This document shows positions 10,464-22,384 of a stretch of 64,000 nucleotides of DNA, piece by piece. The position numbers and the translations under genes were made by a program. The DNA is from Alphaproteobacteria bacterium. GTDB lineage: Bacteria; Pseudomonadota; Alphaproteobacteria; UBA2966. The stretch's first letter is position 1, and each line of letters opens with the position of its first letter. The DNA lies in contig OZ219858.1 in assembly GCA_964291395.2 (NCBI GenBank), forward strand, positions 896,001 to 960,000, written 5' to 3'. The notes under the pieces are model-generated. The model was not told where the DNA came from, made no database searches, and worked only from the letters and a program-made list of their open reading frames with translations.

Positions 10464-11339
10464 GAATTCCTTCATCGCGTCGGCGAACTCCTTCATTGCA
10501 TCGAGATGCTCATCGAACGAGCTGTAGCCGCCCTCTGTCGTCCTGAACACGAGTTGCGTGGCCCCGAGATCAACCCAGGCCCGGGCATCGGCGATCCACT
10601 CGTCGGGCCCACCCAGCTTCGAGTACACCATCGACTCGACACCCAACGAGTCCGGATTGCGACCGGCCTCCTCCGCGGCGTCACGGAACACCTGAACCAC
10701 GCGTCGTGACTCGTCGTCGGGCTTGAGACGCGCGATCATGAAGAAGCCGTCGCCAAGTCGGCCAGCGCGGCGCACGGCGACGTCGCTCACCGCGCCGAAC
10801 CAGATTTCCGGCGGCCGTTGGATCGGCATGGGCGCGAGACCGGCCTCGTTGATCGTGTGCCACTTGCCGTGGAAGGTGACGAATTCCTGAGTCCACAAGA
10901 GGCGCAGCACCTGGACCTGCTCCTCGACACGCTTGCCGCGGTTGTTGAAATCCATGTCGAGCGCTTCAAATTCGAGCTCGTTCCAACCGATGCCCACCCC
11001 GAACCTGAGGCGCCCACCGCACAGCACGTCGATCTCCGCCGCCTGCTTGGCCACGAGTACGGCCTGACGCTGGGGCAGGATCACGATGGCGGGGTTGATG
11101 CCGATGGTCTCGGTCACGCCGGCGATGAAGGCCATCATGGTCATTGGCTCGTGGTGCGGGAAATCCTTGGTATAGTGCACCGACATCGCCTCGGGACCAC
11201 GCGGCGTCGCGGCCTGGATCACATGATCTGGCACGGAGATGTGGTTGTAGCCCATATCCTCAGCGGCTTGCGCGAAGTCGCGAATGACGATCCTGTCCGT
11301 TCCGATTTCGGCCTGCGGGAAAGAGATACCGAATTTCAT
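10461..11339 (-). CDS. LLM-class, probably F420-dependent, oxidoreductase
   Basis: MKFGISFP, AAEDMGYNHISVPDHV, ILPQRQAVLVAKQAAEIDVLCGGRLRFGVGIGWN (Rv2161c-like). Confidence 0.85.
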   Translation of the reverse strand: MKFGISFPQAEIGTDRIVIRDFAQAAEDMGYNHISVPDHVIQAATPRGPEAMSVHYTKDFPHHEPMTMMAFIAGVTETIGINPAIVILPQRQAVLVAKQAAEIDVLCGGRLRFGVGIGWNELEFEALDMDFNNRGKRVEEQVQVLRLLWTQEFVTFHGKWHTINEAGLAPMPIQRPPEIWFGAVSDVAVRRAGRLGDGFFMIARLKPDDESRRVVQVFRDAAEEAGRNPDSLGVESMVYSKLGGPDEWIADARAWVDLGATQLVFRTTEGGYSSFDEHLDAMKEFADAMKEF

Positions 11340-11421
11340 GCGGGTGGCCTCCGTATGTCCGCCGAGCATGATAGTCGCTGCAACCGGGCCACGCACGGTC
11401 TCGACCGAACCATTACGATTC

Positions 11422-11544
11422 GTGCCAGACATCGTCGAAGCGATTTGCGTCGGTAAGCAGCCCATTGATCTGAACGTTGAGCGGTTAAAGAGAATTGGCC
11501 CGATTCCTTTGGATTGGGCGCGACAAAGACGCATTCTTGAGCTT
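11422..11544 (+). pseudogene. C-terminal relic of a large serine recombinase
   Basis: VPDIVEAICVGKQPIDLNVERLKRIGPIPLDWARQRRIL resembles the typical (L)APDIVEAIL.G.QP......LPLDW..QR..L tail; no upstream catalytic domain. Confidence 0.65.
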
Positions 11545-11749
11545 CGGAGATATCGCCTGATTGCATCGGAACCCCAAAAGTTCTGGTCGTCGACATTCGT
11601 CTGCAGAGACTGTTTGCAGTAACCCACATTGGCCGTCACAAACCGTCTGTCTGTCCATGGCGGATTGCCTCCAGCAACGCCCGCAAAACCCCGAAAACCA
11701 AGGGATTCTACGAGACCGTGTTCTGATCGACGGTTCGAATAGGACTGGG

Positions 11750-11826
11750 TGGTGGGCCCGGCAGGACTCGAACCTGCAACCAGACCGTTATGAGCGGCCG
11801 GCTCTAACCAGTTGAGCTACGGGCCC
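11750..11826 (-). tRNA. ileX: tRNA with CAT anticodon, most likely tRNA-Ile2 (lysidine)
   Basis: GGGCCCGTAGCTCAACTGGTTAGAGCCGGCCGCTCATAACGGTCTGGTTGCAGGTTCGAGTCCTGCCGGGCCCACCA: cloverleaf, encoded CCA, no initiator features, sits just downstream of rpoD like E. coli ileX. Confidence 0.9.
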
Positions 11827-11846
11827 CCCGAGAAGGCATTGGGGGC

Positions 11847-13799
11847 TCAGGTGTCCAGGAAGCTCCTGAGCTTGCGCGATCGGCTCGGGTGCTTGAGCTT
11901 ACGCAAAGCCTTGGCCTCGATCTGACGTATGCGCTCGCGCGTGACCGAGAACTGCTGCCCGACCTCCTCCAGCGTGTGGTCGGTGTTCATGCCGATACCG
12001 AAACGCATGCGCAGCACCCGTTCCTCACGGGGCGTCAGGCTGGCGAGCACGCGCGTTGCCGTCTCGCGCAGGTTCGAGTGGATCGCCGCGTCGACCGGCA
12101 GCACTGCGTTGCGGTCTTCGATGAAGTCGCCGAGGTGACTGTCCTCCTCGTCCCCGATGGGCGTTTCCAGGCTGATCGGTTCCTTGGCGATCTTGAGGAC
12201 CTTGCGCACCTTGTCGAGCGGCATGTTGAGTTTCTCGGCCAACTCCTCGGGCGTCGGCTCGCGACCGATCTCGTGGAGCATCTGGCGCGAGGTGCGGACG
12301 AGCTTGTTGATGGTTTCGATCATGTGCACGGGAATGCGAATGGTTCGAGCCTGGTCGGCGATCGAACGCGTGATCGCCTGGCGGATCCACCACGTGGCGT
12401 AGGTCGAGAACTTGTAGCCGCGACGGTACTCGAACTTGTCGACGGCCTTCATCAAGCCGATGTTCCCCTCCTGGATGAGGTCCAGGAACTGCAGGCCGCG
12501 GTTCGTGTATTTCTTGGCGATGGAGATGACGAGCCGCAGATTGGCCTCGACCATTTCCTTCTTGGCCCGGCTGGCCTCCCGTTCACCCCTCTGAACCGTA
12601 TGGACGATGCGGCGAAACTCCCGGATGTCCAATCCGATGTCGATGCAGATGTCGGCGAACTCCTTGCGGATCAGTTTGATCTCGTCGCCGTCCTTCTTGG
12701 CGAATTCAGTCCACCCTTTTTCCTTCAGGCGCCGGACGCGCGACAACCAGCGCGGGTCGAGTTCCCGCCCCTGATAGTACTTGACGAAGCTGTCACGCGG
12801 AATCCTGTGTTTTTCGGCAAGCCGCAGAAGACGACCTTCGAGAGAATGGAGGCGACGGTTGATGCCATAGAGTTGATCGACGAGCTCTTCGATGCGGCCG
12901 TTGTTCAGGCGAATCGAGTTCATGCGATGGGCCAGTTGCACCTTGAGCTTCGCGTAGCGCTTCTCCTGTGCCGGGCTCAGGGAGCCGTTTTTCAACCCCG
13001 CCTGGACGCGCAGATCCTGCAGGCGTTTGACTTTCTTGTAGGTGGCAGCGATGTCATCGAACGTGTCGAGCACGTGAGGTTTCAGGACGGCTTCCATCGC
13101 GGCCAGTGACAGCACCACCTCGTCGTCGTCATCCTCGCCGCCTTCTTCTCCTTCCGTCGACTTGTCCGCGCTCTCCTCCTCCATTTCTTCAGAGGGTGCT
13201 TCCGTCTCGGCGCCTTCTCCCTCACCCCCCTCGTCGTCGTCCCGTCCGCCGAACGTAGCGTCGAGGTCGACGATCTCGCGCAGAAGCACGCTCTCCGAGG
13301 TCAGGTCGTCGCGCCATTGGACGATCGCGCGCATGGTCAGCGGGCTTTCGCAGATCCCGCCGATCATGGTCTCGCGCCCTTTCTCGATGCGCTTGGCGAT
13401 TTCGATCTCGCCCTGACGCGAGAGAAGTTCGATCGACCCCATTTCCCTCAGGTACATGCGGACAGGATCATCGGTTCGCTCGTACTCGGTTTCCTCGGCC
13501 TTCACGACGGCTACGGGAGCCGGCGGCTTGTCGGCCTTGTCTTCGCCGGACGAGGCATCCTCGGCCTCATCACCTTCGATAACGTTGACGCCCATTTCGG
13601 ACAGCATCGCCATGGTGTCCTCGATCTGCTCTGAAGACACTTGGTCCTGGGGCAGAACCTCGTTCAGCTCGTCATAGGTGACGTAGCCGCGCTCTTTGGC
13701 GCGGGCGACCATCTTCTTGATCGCCTGGTTGGAGGCGTCGATAAGCGGGCTGTCTGTCGACTCTTCTGTTGTTTCTTCAGTCTCTGCCGCGTTGGCCAT
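11847..13799 (-). CDS. rpoD: RNA polymerase primary sigma factor RpoD
   Basis: Region 1.1, [39 protein letters not shown], region 4. Confidence 0.98.
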   Translation of the reverse strand: MANAAETEETTEESTDSPLIDASNQAIKKMVARAKERGYVTYDELNEVLPQDQVSSEQIEDTMAMLSEMGVNVIEGDEAEDASSGEDKADKPPAPVAVVKAEETEYERTDDPVRMYLREMGSIELLSRQGEIEIAKRIEKGRETMIGGICESPLTMRAIVQWRDDLTSESVLLREIVDLDATFGGRDDDEGGEGEGAETEAPSEEMEEESADKSTEGEEGGEDDDDEVVLSLAAMEAVLKPHVLDTFDDIAATYKKVKRLQDLRVQAGLKNGSLSPAQEKRYAKLKVQLAHRMNSIRLNNGRIEELVDQLYGINRRLHSLEGRLLRLAEKHRIPRDSFVKYYQGRELDPRWLSRVRRLKEKGWTEFAKKDGDEIKLIRKEFADICIDIGLDIREFRRIVHTVQRGEREASRAKKEMVEANLRLVISIAKKYTNRGLQFLDLIQEGNIGLMKAVDKFEYRRGYKFSTYATWWIRQAITRSIADQARTIRIPVHMIETINKLVRTSRQMLHEIGREPTPEELAEKLNMPLDKVRKVLKIAKEPISLETPIGDEEDSHLGDFIEDRNAVLPVDAAIHSNLRETATRVLASLTPREERVLRMRFGIGMNTDHTLEEVGQQFSVTRERIRQIEAKALRKLKHPSRSRKLRSFLDT

Positions 13800-13878
13800 A
13801 TTCGTCGCCGTGATGGTTGATGTCGCTGCGCGATCGTTACGCGCCCGGCAGAAGGTTCCTGGCGCGCAGATCTGTCCC

Positions 13879-15738
13879 TCAGGATGACCTGGTGCTTGTC
13901 GGATCCGTCGCTACCGCTTCCGTCCTATTGCTTCGCTCCGCTTCGCCAAGAAACGCTTTCAGGCGATTGAATCCCTCGTCGGTGAAGTCAAACTCCTCGA
14001 TGTATGCGCTTTTCTCCGCCGGCAATGTCACGGCCAGGCGATGTACGGAAAGCGCGTTCTCCCACCCTTCCTGGGCGGTTTCCAGTGGTACGTCCGGGCG
14101 CACGAACGACGCGAGCGGCGCGACCCTCGCCTCGGCGATGTCATCCAACGTCGCCGTAAATCCCTTTTCACGGAGGTGTTGCTTCAATGTCGCGCTGTCA
14201 AGACCCGGGTTGCCCCGCGCTATCTCTATGATTTCGTTTCGCAACCTGTCAAGCGCGAGGTTGCTGAACTCGATGTCCGCAAACTCCTCCGACTTCTGCT
14301 CCAAAAGGTCGGGGTGGACGACGATCGTGGCAACCAGAACGCGCTCGCGGCGGTCCGTAATGCCGGCTTTCCCGAGACCCAGTCCGTGATGCCGCGACAA
14401 GCGGCGCTCCCGAGGAACACCTCGTTTCCCGCGCCCCCGAGGAGTCATCCGTGCGTCCGTCGTCCGTCCGTCCGCGCCGAACAGCTCTTCCAGCCGTGCG
14501 CGAAAATGACGCTCATAGAACGCCTTGACCTGTCGATCTTCGATCCGCGAGACCAGGGCGCGGATGTCATTGGCGAACCCGGCACGCCGCTCGGGCGTGT
14601 CGAGGGTCCGGTCCTGCATGGCGATCTGCCACAGCAGATCCGAAAGTGGCGTGGCGTTCAAGAGCAGTTGCCGAAACGCTTCCGCGCCCTTCGACGTCAC
14701 CAAGCTGTCCGGGTCCTCACCAGTCGGGAGCAGGGCAAAGCGGAGCGAGTGCCCGGAGCGCAAAAGCGGCAGCGCACGGTCCGCGACACGTCCGGCCGCA
14801 TTCCATCCGGCCGCGTCGCCGTCAAAACACAAAATCGGTTCAGGCGCAAAGCGCCACAGCAGGCCGAGTTGATCCTCTGTCACCGCCGTTCCCAATGGAG
14901 CCACGGCGTTCGCGAAGCCCGCCTGATGCAGGGCGATGACGTCCATGTAGCCTTCCGCGACGATGACCGACTCGCAATCCCTTATCGCCGAGCGCGCATG
15001 AGCGAGGTTGTAGAGCAAGCGGCCTTTCTGGAAGAGTGGCGTCTCGGGCGAGTTCAGATATTTGGCACGTGACTCGCCCAAGGCCCTTCCGCCAAAGGCC
15101 ACGACGTGGCCTCGAGTATCCGTAATGGGGAACGTGATCCGATCGCGAAATCGATCGAACGTCTCGCCGCCGTCCCGGGGCGTGACTAGGAGCCCGCAGT
15201 CAATGAGCTGTTTCTCGGCAAAACTCCTGGCGAGCGACGCTTCCTTGAACGTCGTGCGGCCCTTCGGTGCGTAGCCCAGACGAAACTCCTTGATCGTCTC
15301 ATCCGTGAGTCCCCGACCCTTCAAATACTCCTTTGCGTCCCGGCCGGAACCGGTTGCGAGCCGTCCCTCGAACCATTCGGCGGCAAACGCCATCGCGTCG
15401 AACAACGTGGCCCGCGCTTCTTCCCGCGCCTCCGCCTCGGGCGAACGCACCGGCACCTGCACCCCGGCTTCGGCGGCAAGCTTCTCGACAGCCTCCGGAA
15501 AGCTGAGGCCTTCTTGCTGCATGACGAAATCGAACACGCTGCCGTGCGCTTGGCAGCCGAAACAGTGATAGAAGCCCTTCTCCTCGTTCACCGTGAACGA
15601 TGGGGTCTTTTCGTTATGGAATGGACACAGGCCCAGCCATTCGCGCCCGCGACGCGTGAGCTTCACACGTCGGCCGATGATATCGGCTAAGGAAACGCGG
15701 GTACGGATTTCGTCGAGGAAATGACTAGGAAAGGCCAT
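13879..15738 (-). CDS. dnaG: DNA primase
   Basis: [11 protein letters not shown]...CFGC zinc ribbon, [18 protein letters not shown] Toprim; start trimmed to ATG 15738. Confidence 0.97.
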   Translation of the reverse strand: MAFPSHFLDEIRTRVSLADIIGRRVKLTRRGREWLGLCPFHNEKTPSFTVNEEKGFYHCFGCQAHGSVFDFVMQQEGLSFPEAVEKLAAEAGVQVPVRSPEAEAREEARATLFDAMAFAAEWFEGRLATGSGRDAKEYLKGRGLTDETIKEFRLGYAPKGRTTFKEASLARSFAEKQLIDCGLLVTPRDGGETFDRFRDRITFPITDTRGHVVAFGGRALGESRAKYLNSPETPLFQKGRLLYNLAHARSAIRDCESVIVAEGYMDVIALHQAGFANAVAPLGTAVTEDQLGLLWRFAPEPILCFDGDAAGWNAAGRVADRALPLLRSGHSLRFALLPTGEDPDSLVTSKGAEAFRQLLLNATPLSDLLWQIAMQDRTLDTPERRAGFANDIRALVSRIEDRQVKAFYERHFRARLEELFGADGRTTDARMTPRGRGKRGVPRERRLSRHHGLGLGKAGITDRRERVLVATIVVHPDLLEQKSEEFADIEFSNLALDRLRNEIIEIARGNPGLDSATLKQHLREKGFTATLDDIAEARVAPLASFVRPDVPLETAQEGWENALSVHRLAVTLPAEKSAYIEEFDFTDEGFNRLKAFLGEAERSNRTEAVATDPTSTRSS

Positions 15739-15896
15739 CGGCCGTACCGCGTGTTCGTCCATCCGAACCTGCAGTTGCCCCACCCTACAGGTGTCCCCAG
15801 CGCAACATGCGCTGCTCAAATTTACGACCTTACGGAACGGATGTGAAGCTGGTGGAAGCGCCGTCGAACCAGTCGCCGAGAAGGCAGGTCCCGGTC

Positions 15897-16352
15897 CTAC
15901 GACAACAAGCCCTTGACGACCTGGCTGGCTTTACCGAAATCCATCCGCCCGGCGTAGCGGGACCTGAGCTCTCCCATGACCCGTCCCATGTCTTTGATGC
16001 TGCTGGCGCCGAGTTCCTCGATCACCTCGCGGCTGGCGGTCGAGGCTTCGTCCTCCGACATCTGCTTGGGTAGGAACTCCTCGATGATCCCGATCTCGCT
16101 CTCCTCCTGCTCCACCAGGTCGTCGCGCCGACCCTTCTTGTACATTTCGATCGAGTCTCGCCTTTGGCGGATCATCGTCTGCATCATGTTCAGGATTTCG
16201 TCCTCGCTCAGGCCTTCCGATTTGCCCGAGCTCCGTGCGGTGATGTCACGATCCTTCAGGGCAGCCAAAATCAATCGCACGGTCGCGGAACGCCGCGCGT
16301 CCTTGGCCTTCATCGCGCTCTTGAGGGAGTCGGAAAGGCGCTCGCGTAACAT
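15897..16352 (-). CDS. yqeY: GatB/YqeY domain protein
   Basis: LKSAMKAKD...QRRDSIEMY...GASSIKDMGRVM; conserved position between dnaG and carA. Confidence 0.92.
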   Translation of the reverse strand: MLRERLSDSLKSAMKAKDARRSATVRLILAALKDRDITARSSGKSEGLSEDEILNMMQTMIRQRRDSIEMYKKGRRDDLVEQEESEIGIIEEFLPKQMSEDEASTASREVIEELGASSIKDMGRVMGELRSRYAGRMDFGKASQVVKGLLS

Positions 16353-16430
16353 ACCCCGCCCGGTATGGCCCATCTGGAAACCTCAAGTCTAGTTGACGCG
16401 GGCCAGAATAGCAAAACCCATTTCTTCGTC

Positions 16431-16501
16431 TAACTTATTGAAATGTAACATGAATATACCGCGGCAGTAGGGTTGACGACGGCATGAATCTTGCGTAGGT
16501 T
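16431..16501 (+). promoter_or_regulatory. Putative sigma70 promoter of carA with an upstream IHF-like site
   Basis: TTGACG (16473-78), 17 bp, TAGGTT (16496-501); TAACTTATTGAAA at 16431 is a one-mismatch IHF consensus on the minus strand. Confidence 0.5.
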
Positions 16502-16641
16502 CCGCCGGACTTTACGTCCATGCCGAGTGTCCTGGAGCGTTCGGCCAGCGCGGACGGTTTGGTTCAGAACATTTCCGCCACGATGTTCAAGGTCCCGCGT
16601 CCGCAGCACAACAACACGATGTTCGCGATCGACCCTCATTG

Positions 16642-17832
16642 ATGGCTTGGCCCAACTCGACTGACGCCACGTCCCGTATCGCGGGGGCGTCGGCAGTCTT
16701 GGTGCTGGACGATGGCTCGGTTCTCTGGGGTCAAGGGGTTGGGTGCACCGGCACCGTGGTTGGGGAGGTTTGCTTCAATACCTCCATGACCGGGTATCAA
16801 GAGATCGTGTCCGATCCATCCTACGCCGGCCAGATCATAACCTTTACCTTCCCTCATATCGGCAACGTCGGCACCAACGACGAGGATATTGAGACGCTGA
16901 ACCCTGCTGCCCGTGGGGTCGTCCTGAAGGCGTCGATCACGGATCCATCGAACTTCCGGGCCCTGTCTCACCTGGACGGTTGGCTGAAGTGTCAGGGCCT
17001 CGTCGGAATTGCGGGGGTGGACACTCGCCGCCTCACTCGTCGCATTCGGGACGGTGGGGCGCCCACCGGACTTCTTCGTCATGCGCCCGACGGCGGCTTC
17101 GACCTCGCGGCGTTGCGCGAGCAGGCAAAGGCCTGGCCAGGGTTGGAAGGCATGGATCTGGCCAGGGAGGTTTCCTGCGCTCAGACCTATGCGTGGGATG
17201 AAACCAAGTGGGCTCTGGGGCGCGACGTCAGGACCACGGGATACGGAAAACTGACGGACTCCCGCTTTCATGTGATCGCGGTCGATTTCGGCATAAAGCG
17301 GAACATTCTGCGTTGCCTTGCGTCTCTCGGCTGTGCGGTCACCGTCGTACCCGCCACGGCGACGGCAGACGACATTTTGGGATGGAGGCCCGATGGTGTG
17401 TTCTTGTCAAACGGTCCGGGCGACCCGGCCGCAACGGGCGAGTATGCGGTACCCGCCATCAGGGGCGTGCTGGACTCGGGGCTTCCCCTCTTCGGCATCT
17501 GTCTCGGACACCAGATCCTGGCGCTCGCGCTGGGTGCGCGAACCGGCAAGATGCACATGGGCCACCGCGGGGCCAATCATCCGGTGAAGGATTTGGCCAC
17601 GGGCAAGGTGGAGATCACCAGCCAGAATCACGGTTTTGTCGTCGACGCGGAGTCGTTGCCGTCGGGTGTGTCGGCAAGCCACGTGTCCTTGTTCGACGGC
17701 TCGCTGGAAGGTCTCTCCGTCGACGGCGTGCCCGTCTTCTCGGTCCAGTATCATCCCGAGGCCTCGCCGGGTCCTCAGGATAGTCACTATCTGTTCGACC
17801 GCTTTGTGGCGCTGATGGAAGCCAATGCCTAG
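16642..17832 (+). CDS. carA: Carbamoyl-phosphate synthase small subunit
   Basis: [39 protein letters not shown]. Confidence 0.97.
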   Translation: MAWPNSTDATSRIAGASAVLVLDDGSVLWGQGVGCTGTVVGEVCFNTSMTGYQEIVSDPSYAGQIITFTFPHIGNVGTNDEDIETLNPAARGVVLKASITDPSNFRALSHLDGWLKCQGLVGIAGVDTRRLTRRIRDGGAPTGLLRHAPDGGFDLAALREQAKAWPGLEGMDLAREVSCAQTYAWDETKWALGRDVRTTGYGKLTDSRFHVIAVDFGIKRNILRCLASLGCAVTVVPATATADDILGWRPDGVFLSNGPGDPAATGEYAVPAIRGVLDSGLPLFGICLGHQILALALGARTGKMHMGHRGANHPVKDLATGKVEITSQNHGFVVDAESLPSGVSASHVSLFDGSLEGLSVDGVPVFSVQYHPEASPGPQDSHYLFDRFVALMEANA

Positions 17833-20800
17833 GCGTGCGGACATCGAGTCGATCCTGATCATCGGTGCTGGTCCCATCGTCATCGGCCAAGCCTGCGAGT
17901 TCGACTATTCCGGCACTCAGGCGTGCCGAGCCCTGAAGTCCGAAGGCTATCGGACCGTGCTCGTCAACTCGAATCCCGCCACCATCATGACCGATCCGGG
18001 CATGGCTGATGCGACGTATGTAGAGCCGATCACGCCGGATTTCGTCACCAAGATCATCGAGAAGGAACGGCCCGATGCCTTGCTGCCTACAATGGGCGGT
18101 CAAACCGGGCTGAATACGGCTATGGCGGTCGCCGACGCAGGCGTCCTCGATGCACACGGTGTGGAGATGATCGGGGCCGACCGTAACGCCATCCGCAAGG
18201 CAGAAGACCGTAAGCTGTTCCGCAAGGCGATGGAGAACATCGGCCTCGAATGTCCACGCAGCCTGACGGCACACTCCGTCGACGAAGCCCGCGTGGCGCT
18301 CAGCGACATCGGGTTGCCGCTGATAATCCGCCCATCCTTCACCTTGGGCGGCACCGGGTCCGGTGTCGCCTCTAACCGCGAGGAATTCGAGCACATCGTC
18401 GCGAATGGCCTCGATGCCTCCCCGATCACCGAGGTCCTGATCGAACAGTCCGTTCTGGGGTGGAAGGAGTACGAGATGGAGGTCGTTCGCGACAGGAACG
18501 ACAACTGCATCATCGTCTGCTCGATCGAGAACGTCGATCCGATGGGCGTGCACACCGGCGACTCGATCACGGTCGCGCCGGCGCTGACCCTCACCGACAA
18601 GGAATACCAGATCATGCGCAACGCCTCGATCGCAGTGCTGCGCGAGATCGGGGTGGAAACCGGCGGCTCGAACGTGCAATTCGCGGTCGATCCGTCCAGC
18701 GGCCGGCTCGTGATCATCGAGATGAATCCGCGTGTGTCCCGTTCTTCGGCGTTGGCCTCCAAGGCCACCGGATTTCCCATCGCGAAGGTGGCTGCGCGGC
18801 TCGCTGTCGGATATACGCTTGACGAACTCGGCAACGACATCACGGGCGTAACGCCGGCCTCTTTCGAGCCGACCATCGACTATGTGGTTACGAAAATTCC
18901 GCGCTTCGCCTTCGAGAAATTCCCGGGCGCGGCGCCGCTGCTGACGACCTCGATGAAATCCGTTGGCGAAGCCATGTCCATCGGGCGGTGTTTTGCGGAG
19001 TCGTTGCAAAAGGCGCTTCGTTCGATGGAAACGGGACTGACGGGCCTCAACGAGGTCGCAATCCCAGGTGCCGAAGATCCGGCCGCCGCGAACACCCCCG
19101 CGTATCGTCACGCGATTGCCGCCGCGCTCGCAGAGCAGTCACCAGAGCGGTTGTTGGTGATCGCCCAGGCGCTGCGTGTAGGTTTTACCACCGATGAGAT
19201 ACACGGACCCACTGGCTACGACCACTGGTTCGTCGAACAGATTCGCGCCATCGTGGACACCGAGACCGGCGTTCGGGAAAAGGGATTGCCCGACACTCGG
19301 GAAGGGCTGCTCCAGTTGAAGCAAATGGGGTTTTCCGATGCGCGCTTGGCCGAGCTTTCGGGACTGACCGAGTCCGACGTCGCTGCCGCGCGATCCCGTC
19401 TCGACGTGCATCCTGTGTTCAAGCGCGTCGATACCTGCGCGGCCGAGTATGAATCCCGAACCCCATACCTGTACTCGAGTTACGAATCGGACACTTGGCT
19501 CGGTCTCGACCAGGCACCCGATATGGAGTCCGAGGCGCAGCCGAGCGACCGGACCAAGGTCATCGTCCTGGGGGGCGGCCCCAACCGTATCGGACAGGGA
19601 ATCGAGTTCGACTATTGCTGTTGTCACGCCGCATACGCGCTGACCGACGCCGGGCACGAAACCGTCATGGTCAACTGCAATCCGGAAACGGTGTCGACCG
19701 ATTACGATACGTCCGACCGCCTGTATTTCGAGCCGCTCACCGTCGAGGACGTGTTGGAGATCGTCCGCACGGAGCAGTCCAGGGGCATCCTGCTCGGTGT
19801 CATCGTGCAGTTCGGTGGACAAACCCCCCTCAAGCTCGCGCAGGGGCTCGGAGAGGCCGGCGTACCGATCCTCGGCACGTCGCCGGATGCGATCGATCTC
19901 GCCGAAGATCGCAAGCGGTTTCAGCAACTGCTTTCGCGCCTCGGCCTGCGTCAGCCCGCGAACGGGATCGCCACCAGCACTGAAGAAGCGAAGGAAATCG
20001 CGGCGTCCATCGGATATCCAGTCCTCATCCGACCCTCATATGTCTTGGGTGGTCGGGCCATGGAGATCGTGTACGACGGCGCAGCTCTGGAGCGGTACAT
20101 GCGCGCCGCCGTCGAAGTGTCCGGTACCAGTCCGGTTCTCATTGACGCGTATCTACGAGACGCGATCGAAGTGGATGTCGATGCGCTTTGCGACGGCGAA
20201 GAGGTGTTCGTCGCCGGCGTCATGGAGCACATAGAAGAGGCCGGCGTTCATTCGGGCGACTCGGCGTGCGTCCTTCCGCCACACACCCTCTCGCCAACGA
20301 CGTTGGACGATATCCGCCGGCAGACTGCCGCTCTTGCCGGGGAGCTCGACGTCGTCGGTCTGATGAACGTTCAGTACGCCGTAAAGGACGAGGATGTTTA
20401 CATCCTTGAGGTCAATCCTCGCGCGAGCCGTACGGTACCTTTCGTCGCCAAAGCCACGGGTAGGCCCATCGCGAACGTCGCCGCGCGCGTCATGGCGGGT
20501 GCGAAACTGAAAGGACTGGTCGACGAAGGAGACGAGGGGCAGAACGGCCGGGTCGCGGTCAAGGAGGCCGTATTTCCATTTGCCCGGTTCCCCGGCGTCG
20601 ACGTCATGCTGGGACCGGAGATGCGATCAACGGGTGAGGTCATGGGAATCGATACGGACTTCGCGCGGGCCTTCGCCAAGTCCCAGCTTGCTAGCGGCGT
20701 GTGTCTGCCCGAGTCGGGAAAGGTGTTCATCTCGGTGAAGGATGACGACAAGGAGACCATGGCCGCGCCTGCGCGGAAGCTCGTGGAGTTGGGCTACGAG

Positions 20801-21118
20801 ATCGTGGCGACCAGCGGCACGGCGCGGTTTCTGCGCTCTGCCGGTGTAGCTTGCAGTGAAACGAGAAAGGTGCTGGAAGGCAGCCCTCACATTGTCGACT
20901 CCATCAAGAACGGAGAAATCGCTTTGGTCCTCAACACCACCGAGGGCGCACAGGCGATCGCCGACAGTTTTTCCCTCCGCCGGGCCGCCCTGACCGAGCA
21001 CGTGCCTTACTATACAACTGTGGCCGGCTCGCTCGCGGCCGTTGAGGCGATGGAAACTCTTCTCACGGGTAGCCTTGATGTCAGTTCCTTGCAAACCTAT
21101 TCTAAATCCTCGTCATGA
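17825..21118 (+). CDS. carB: Carbamoyl-phosphate synthase large subunit
   Basis: [17 protein letters not shown], two ATP-grasp halves, MGS domain. Confidence 0.98.
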   Translation: MPRRADIESILIIGAGPIVIGQACEFDYSGTQACRALKSEGYRTVLVNSNPATIMTDPGMADATYVEPITPDFVTKIIEKERPDALLPTMGGQTGLNTAMAVADAGVLDAHGVEMIGADRNAIRKAEDRKLFRKAMENIGLECPRSLTAHSVDEARVALSDIGLPLIIRPSFTLGGTGSGVASNREEFEHIVANGLDASPITEVLIEQSVLGWKEYEMEVVRDRNDNCIIVCSIENVDPMGVHTGDSITVAPALTLTDKEYQIMRNASIAVLREIGVETGGSNVQFAVDPSSGRLVIIEMNPRVSRSSALASKATGFPIAKVAARLAVGYTLDELGNDITGVTPASFEPTIDYVVTKIPRFAFEKFPGAAPLLTTSMKSVGEAMSIGRCFAESLQKALRSMETGLTGLNEVAIPGAEDPAAANTPAYRHAIAAALAEQSPERLLVIAQALRVGFTTDEIHGPTGYDHWFVEQIRAIVDTETGVREKGLPDTREGLLQLKQMGFSDARLAELSGLTESDVAAARSRLDVHPVFKRVDTCAAEYESRTPYLYSSYESDTWLGLDQAPDMESEAQPSDRTKVIVLGGGPNRIGQGIEFDYCCCHAAYALTDAGHETVMVNCNPETVSTDYDTSDRLYFEPLTVEDVLEIVRTEQSRGILLGVIVQFGGQTPLKLAQGLGEAGVPILGTSPDAIDLAEDRKRFQQLLSRLGLRQPANGIATSTEEAKEIAASIGYPVLIRPSYVLGGRAMEIVYDGAALERYMRAAVEVSGTSPVLIDAYLRDAIEVDVDALCDGEEVFVAGVMEHIEEAGVHSGDSACVLPPHTLSPTTLDDIRRQTAALAGELDVVGLMNVQYAVKDEDVYILEVNPRASRTVPFVAKATGRPIANVAARVMAGAKLKGLVDEGDEGQNGRVAVKEAVFPFARFPGVDVMLGPEMRSTGEVMGIDTDFARAFAKSQLASGVCLPESGKVFISVKDDDKETMAAPARKLVELGYEIVATSGTARFLRSAGVACSETRKVLEGSPHIVDSIKNGEIALVLNTTEGAQAIADSFSLRRAALTEHVPYYTTVAGSLAAVEAMETLLTGSLDVSSLQTYSKSSS

Positions 21119-21195
21119 GAGTTACGCTTGGTCGTCAGCACGCAACCGTTGGAAGGTGATGCTGTTCCGGCTTTGAACGGGCAGAACGAGAAGTT

Positions 21196-21669
21196 ATGGA
21201 AAAGGTCCCGATGACCTCGGCGGGCTATAGTCGCCTGCAGGATGAACTCAAGCGTCTCAAAACGATTGAACGGCCGTCGATCGTGAAAGCACTAGAGGCG
21301 GCGCGGGAACACGGCGATCTCGCGGAGAACGCTGAATTTCACGCGGCTAAGGAGCGTCAAGGTTTCGTCGAAACTCGCGTCATGGAACTCGAGGACAAGC
21401 TGCGGCGTGCAGACGTTATTGACGTGAGCGCCCTGTCGGGAAATCGTGTCCAGTTCGGGGCGACTGTCCGTCTGGCGGATGAGGATACCGACGAAAAGGT
21501 GACCTACACGATCGTCGGAACCGATGAAGCCGACATCAAGGAAGGCCTGCTATCGGTGACATCGCCTTTGGCGCGCGCGATCATCGGTAAAAGCAAAGGC
21601 GATACGGCTGAGGTCAACACGCCGGGCGGCCTTAAGTACTACGAGATCGTCGGCGTCAAATACAAATAG
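21196..21669 (+). CDS. greA: Transcription elongation factor GreA
   Basis: AREHGDLAENAEFHAAK, SPLARAIIGK. Confidence 0.97.
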   Translation: MEKVPMTSAGYSRLQDELKRLKTIERPSIVKALEAAREHGDLAENAEFHAAKERQGFVETRVMELEDKLRRADVIDVSALSGNRVQFGATVRLADEDTDEKVTYTIVGTDEADIKEGLLSVTSPLARAIIGKSKGDTAEVNTPGGLKYYEIVGVKYK

Positions 21670-21704
21670 GCGCCTCTTCTATCGGTGGACACGAACTGGC
21701 GCCG

Positions 21705-22196
21705 TCAAGTATCGGCCAGAATCTCGATGTCGATGGGAACGCCGGGTTCGGACTTCGATGGCCGGATCGCCAGGGCGCTCTTCACTTGGGCGACGTTAGG
21801 GGCGGTCGTCAACTCCGTTGTCAGGAATGTTTGATACGCGTCCCAATCGGTTGCCACGATTTTCAACAGGAAGTCGACCTCGCCCGCGAGCATGAAACAC
21901 TCCCGCACCATAGGCCAGCTCGCCACGAGTTCTTCGAACCCGGCCAGATCCTGTTCCGCCTGGCTTTCCAACCCGACCTGGGCGAACACCGTAACGCCAA
22001 ATCCCAAGGTCTCCGTGTTGAGGTCGGCATGGTAACCACGAATGTATCCGGCTGCTTCCAGCGCGCGCACGCGTCGCAGGCACGGCGGGGCGGAGATCCC
22101 CACCGTCTTGGCAAGCTTCACATTGGTGATCCTACCGTCCGCCTGCAGCGTCTGCAGGATATGTCGATCGATACGGTCGAGTTTGACCCGAGCCAT
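21705..22196 (-). CDS. Lrp/AsnC family transcriptional regulator
   Basis: LDRIDRHILQTLQADGRITN HTH plus RAM domain; start at ATG 22196. Confidence 0.93.
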   Translation of the reverse strand: MARVKLDRIDRHILQTLQADGRITNVKLAKTVGISAPPCLRRVRALEAAGYIRGYHADLNTETLGFGVTVFAQVGLESQAEQDLAGFEELVASWPMVRECFMLAGEVDFLLKIVATDWDAYQTFLTTELTTAPNVAQVKSALAIRPSKSEPGVPIDIEILADT

Positions 22197-22257
22197 CGCG
22201 ACCTCTTGCCTCTCGTTGCCGTCTGCTCGATTGGCGGCCTCGACTGTGAGGCCGCGC

Positions 22258-22289
22258 AATATTGTTTCGCAGGGTAATATTATTTCGCA
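22258..22289. promoter_or_regulatory. Tandem AT-rich direct repeat, candidate Lrp or LysR operator
   Basis: AATATTGTTTCGCA (22258-71) and AATATTATTTCGCA (22276-89), 18-bp period, in the divergent lrp/ELM1 intergenic region. Confidence 0.45.
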
Positions 22290-22384
22290 TATGCGACAAG
22301 CTGACCGGAACATGGGCTTCTGCCGATGCAATGACCGGCGCCTGCGATATTGATTTGCTTCGAACCACACCGGCAAATTCTCCC

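Noticed and set aside
10461-11639. Long N-terminal extensions in the ORF track (LLM 392 aa; also dnaG, soeB, FAH, lrp, PII, csaA)
   Set aside because: Family motifs and RBS positions support the shorter downstream starts used above.
11750-11826. tRNA-Met or fMet assignment
   Set aside because: There is no C1:A72 mismatch or triple G-C anticodon stem; sequence and rpoD linkage favour Ile2.
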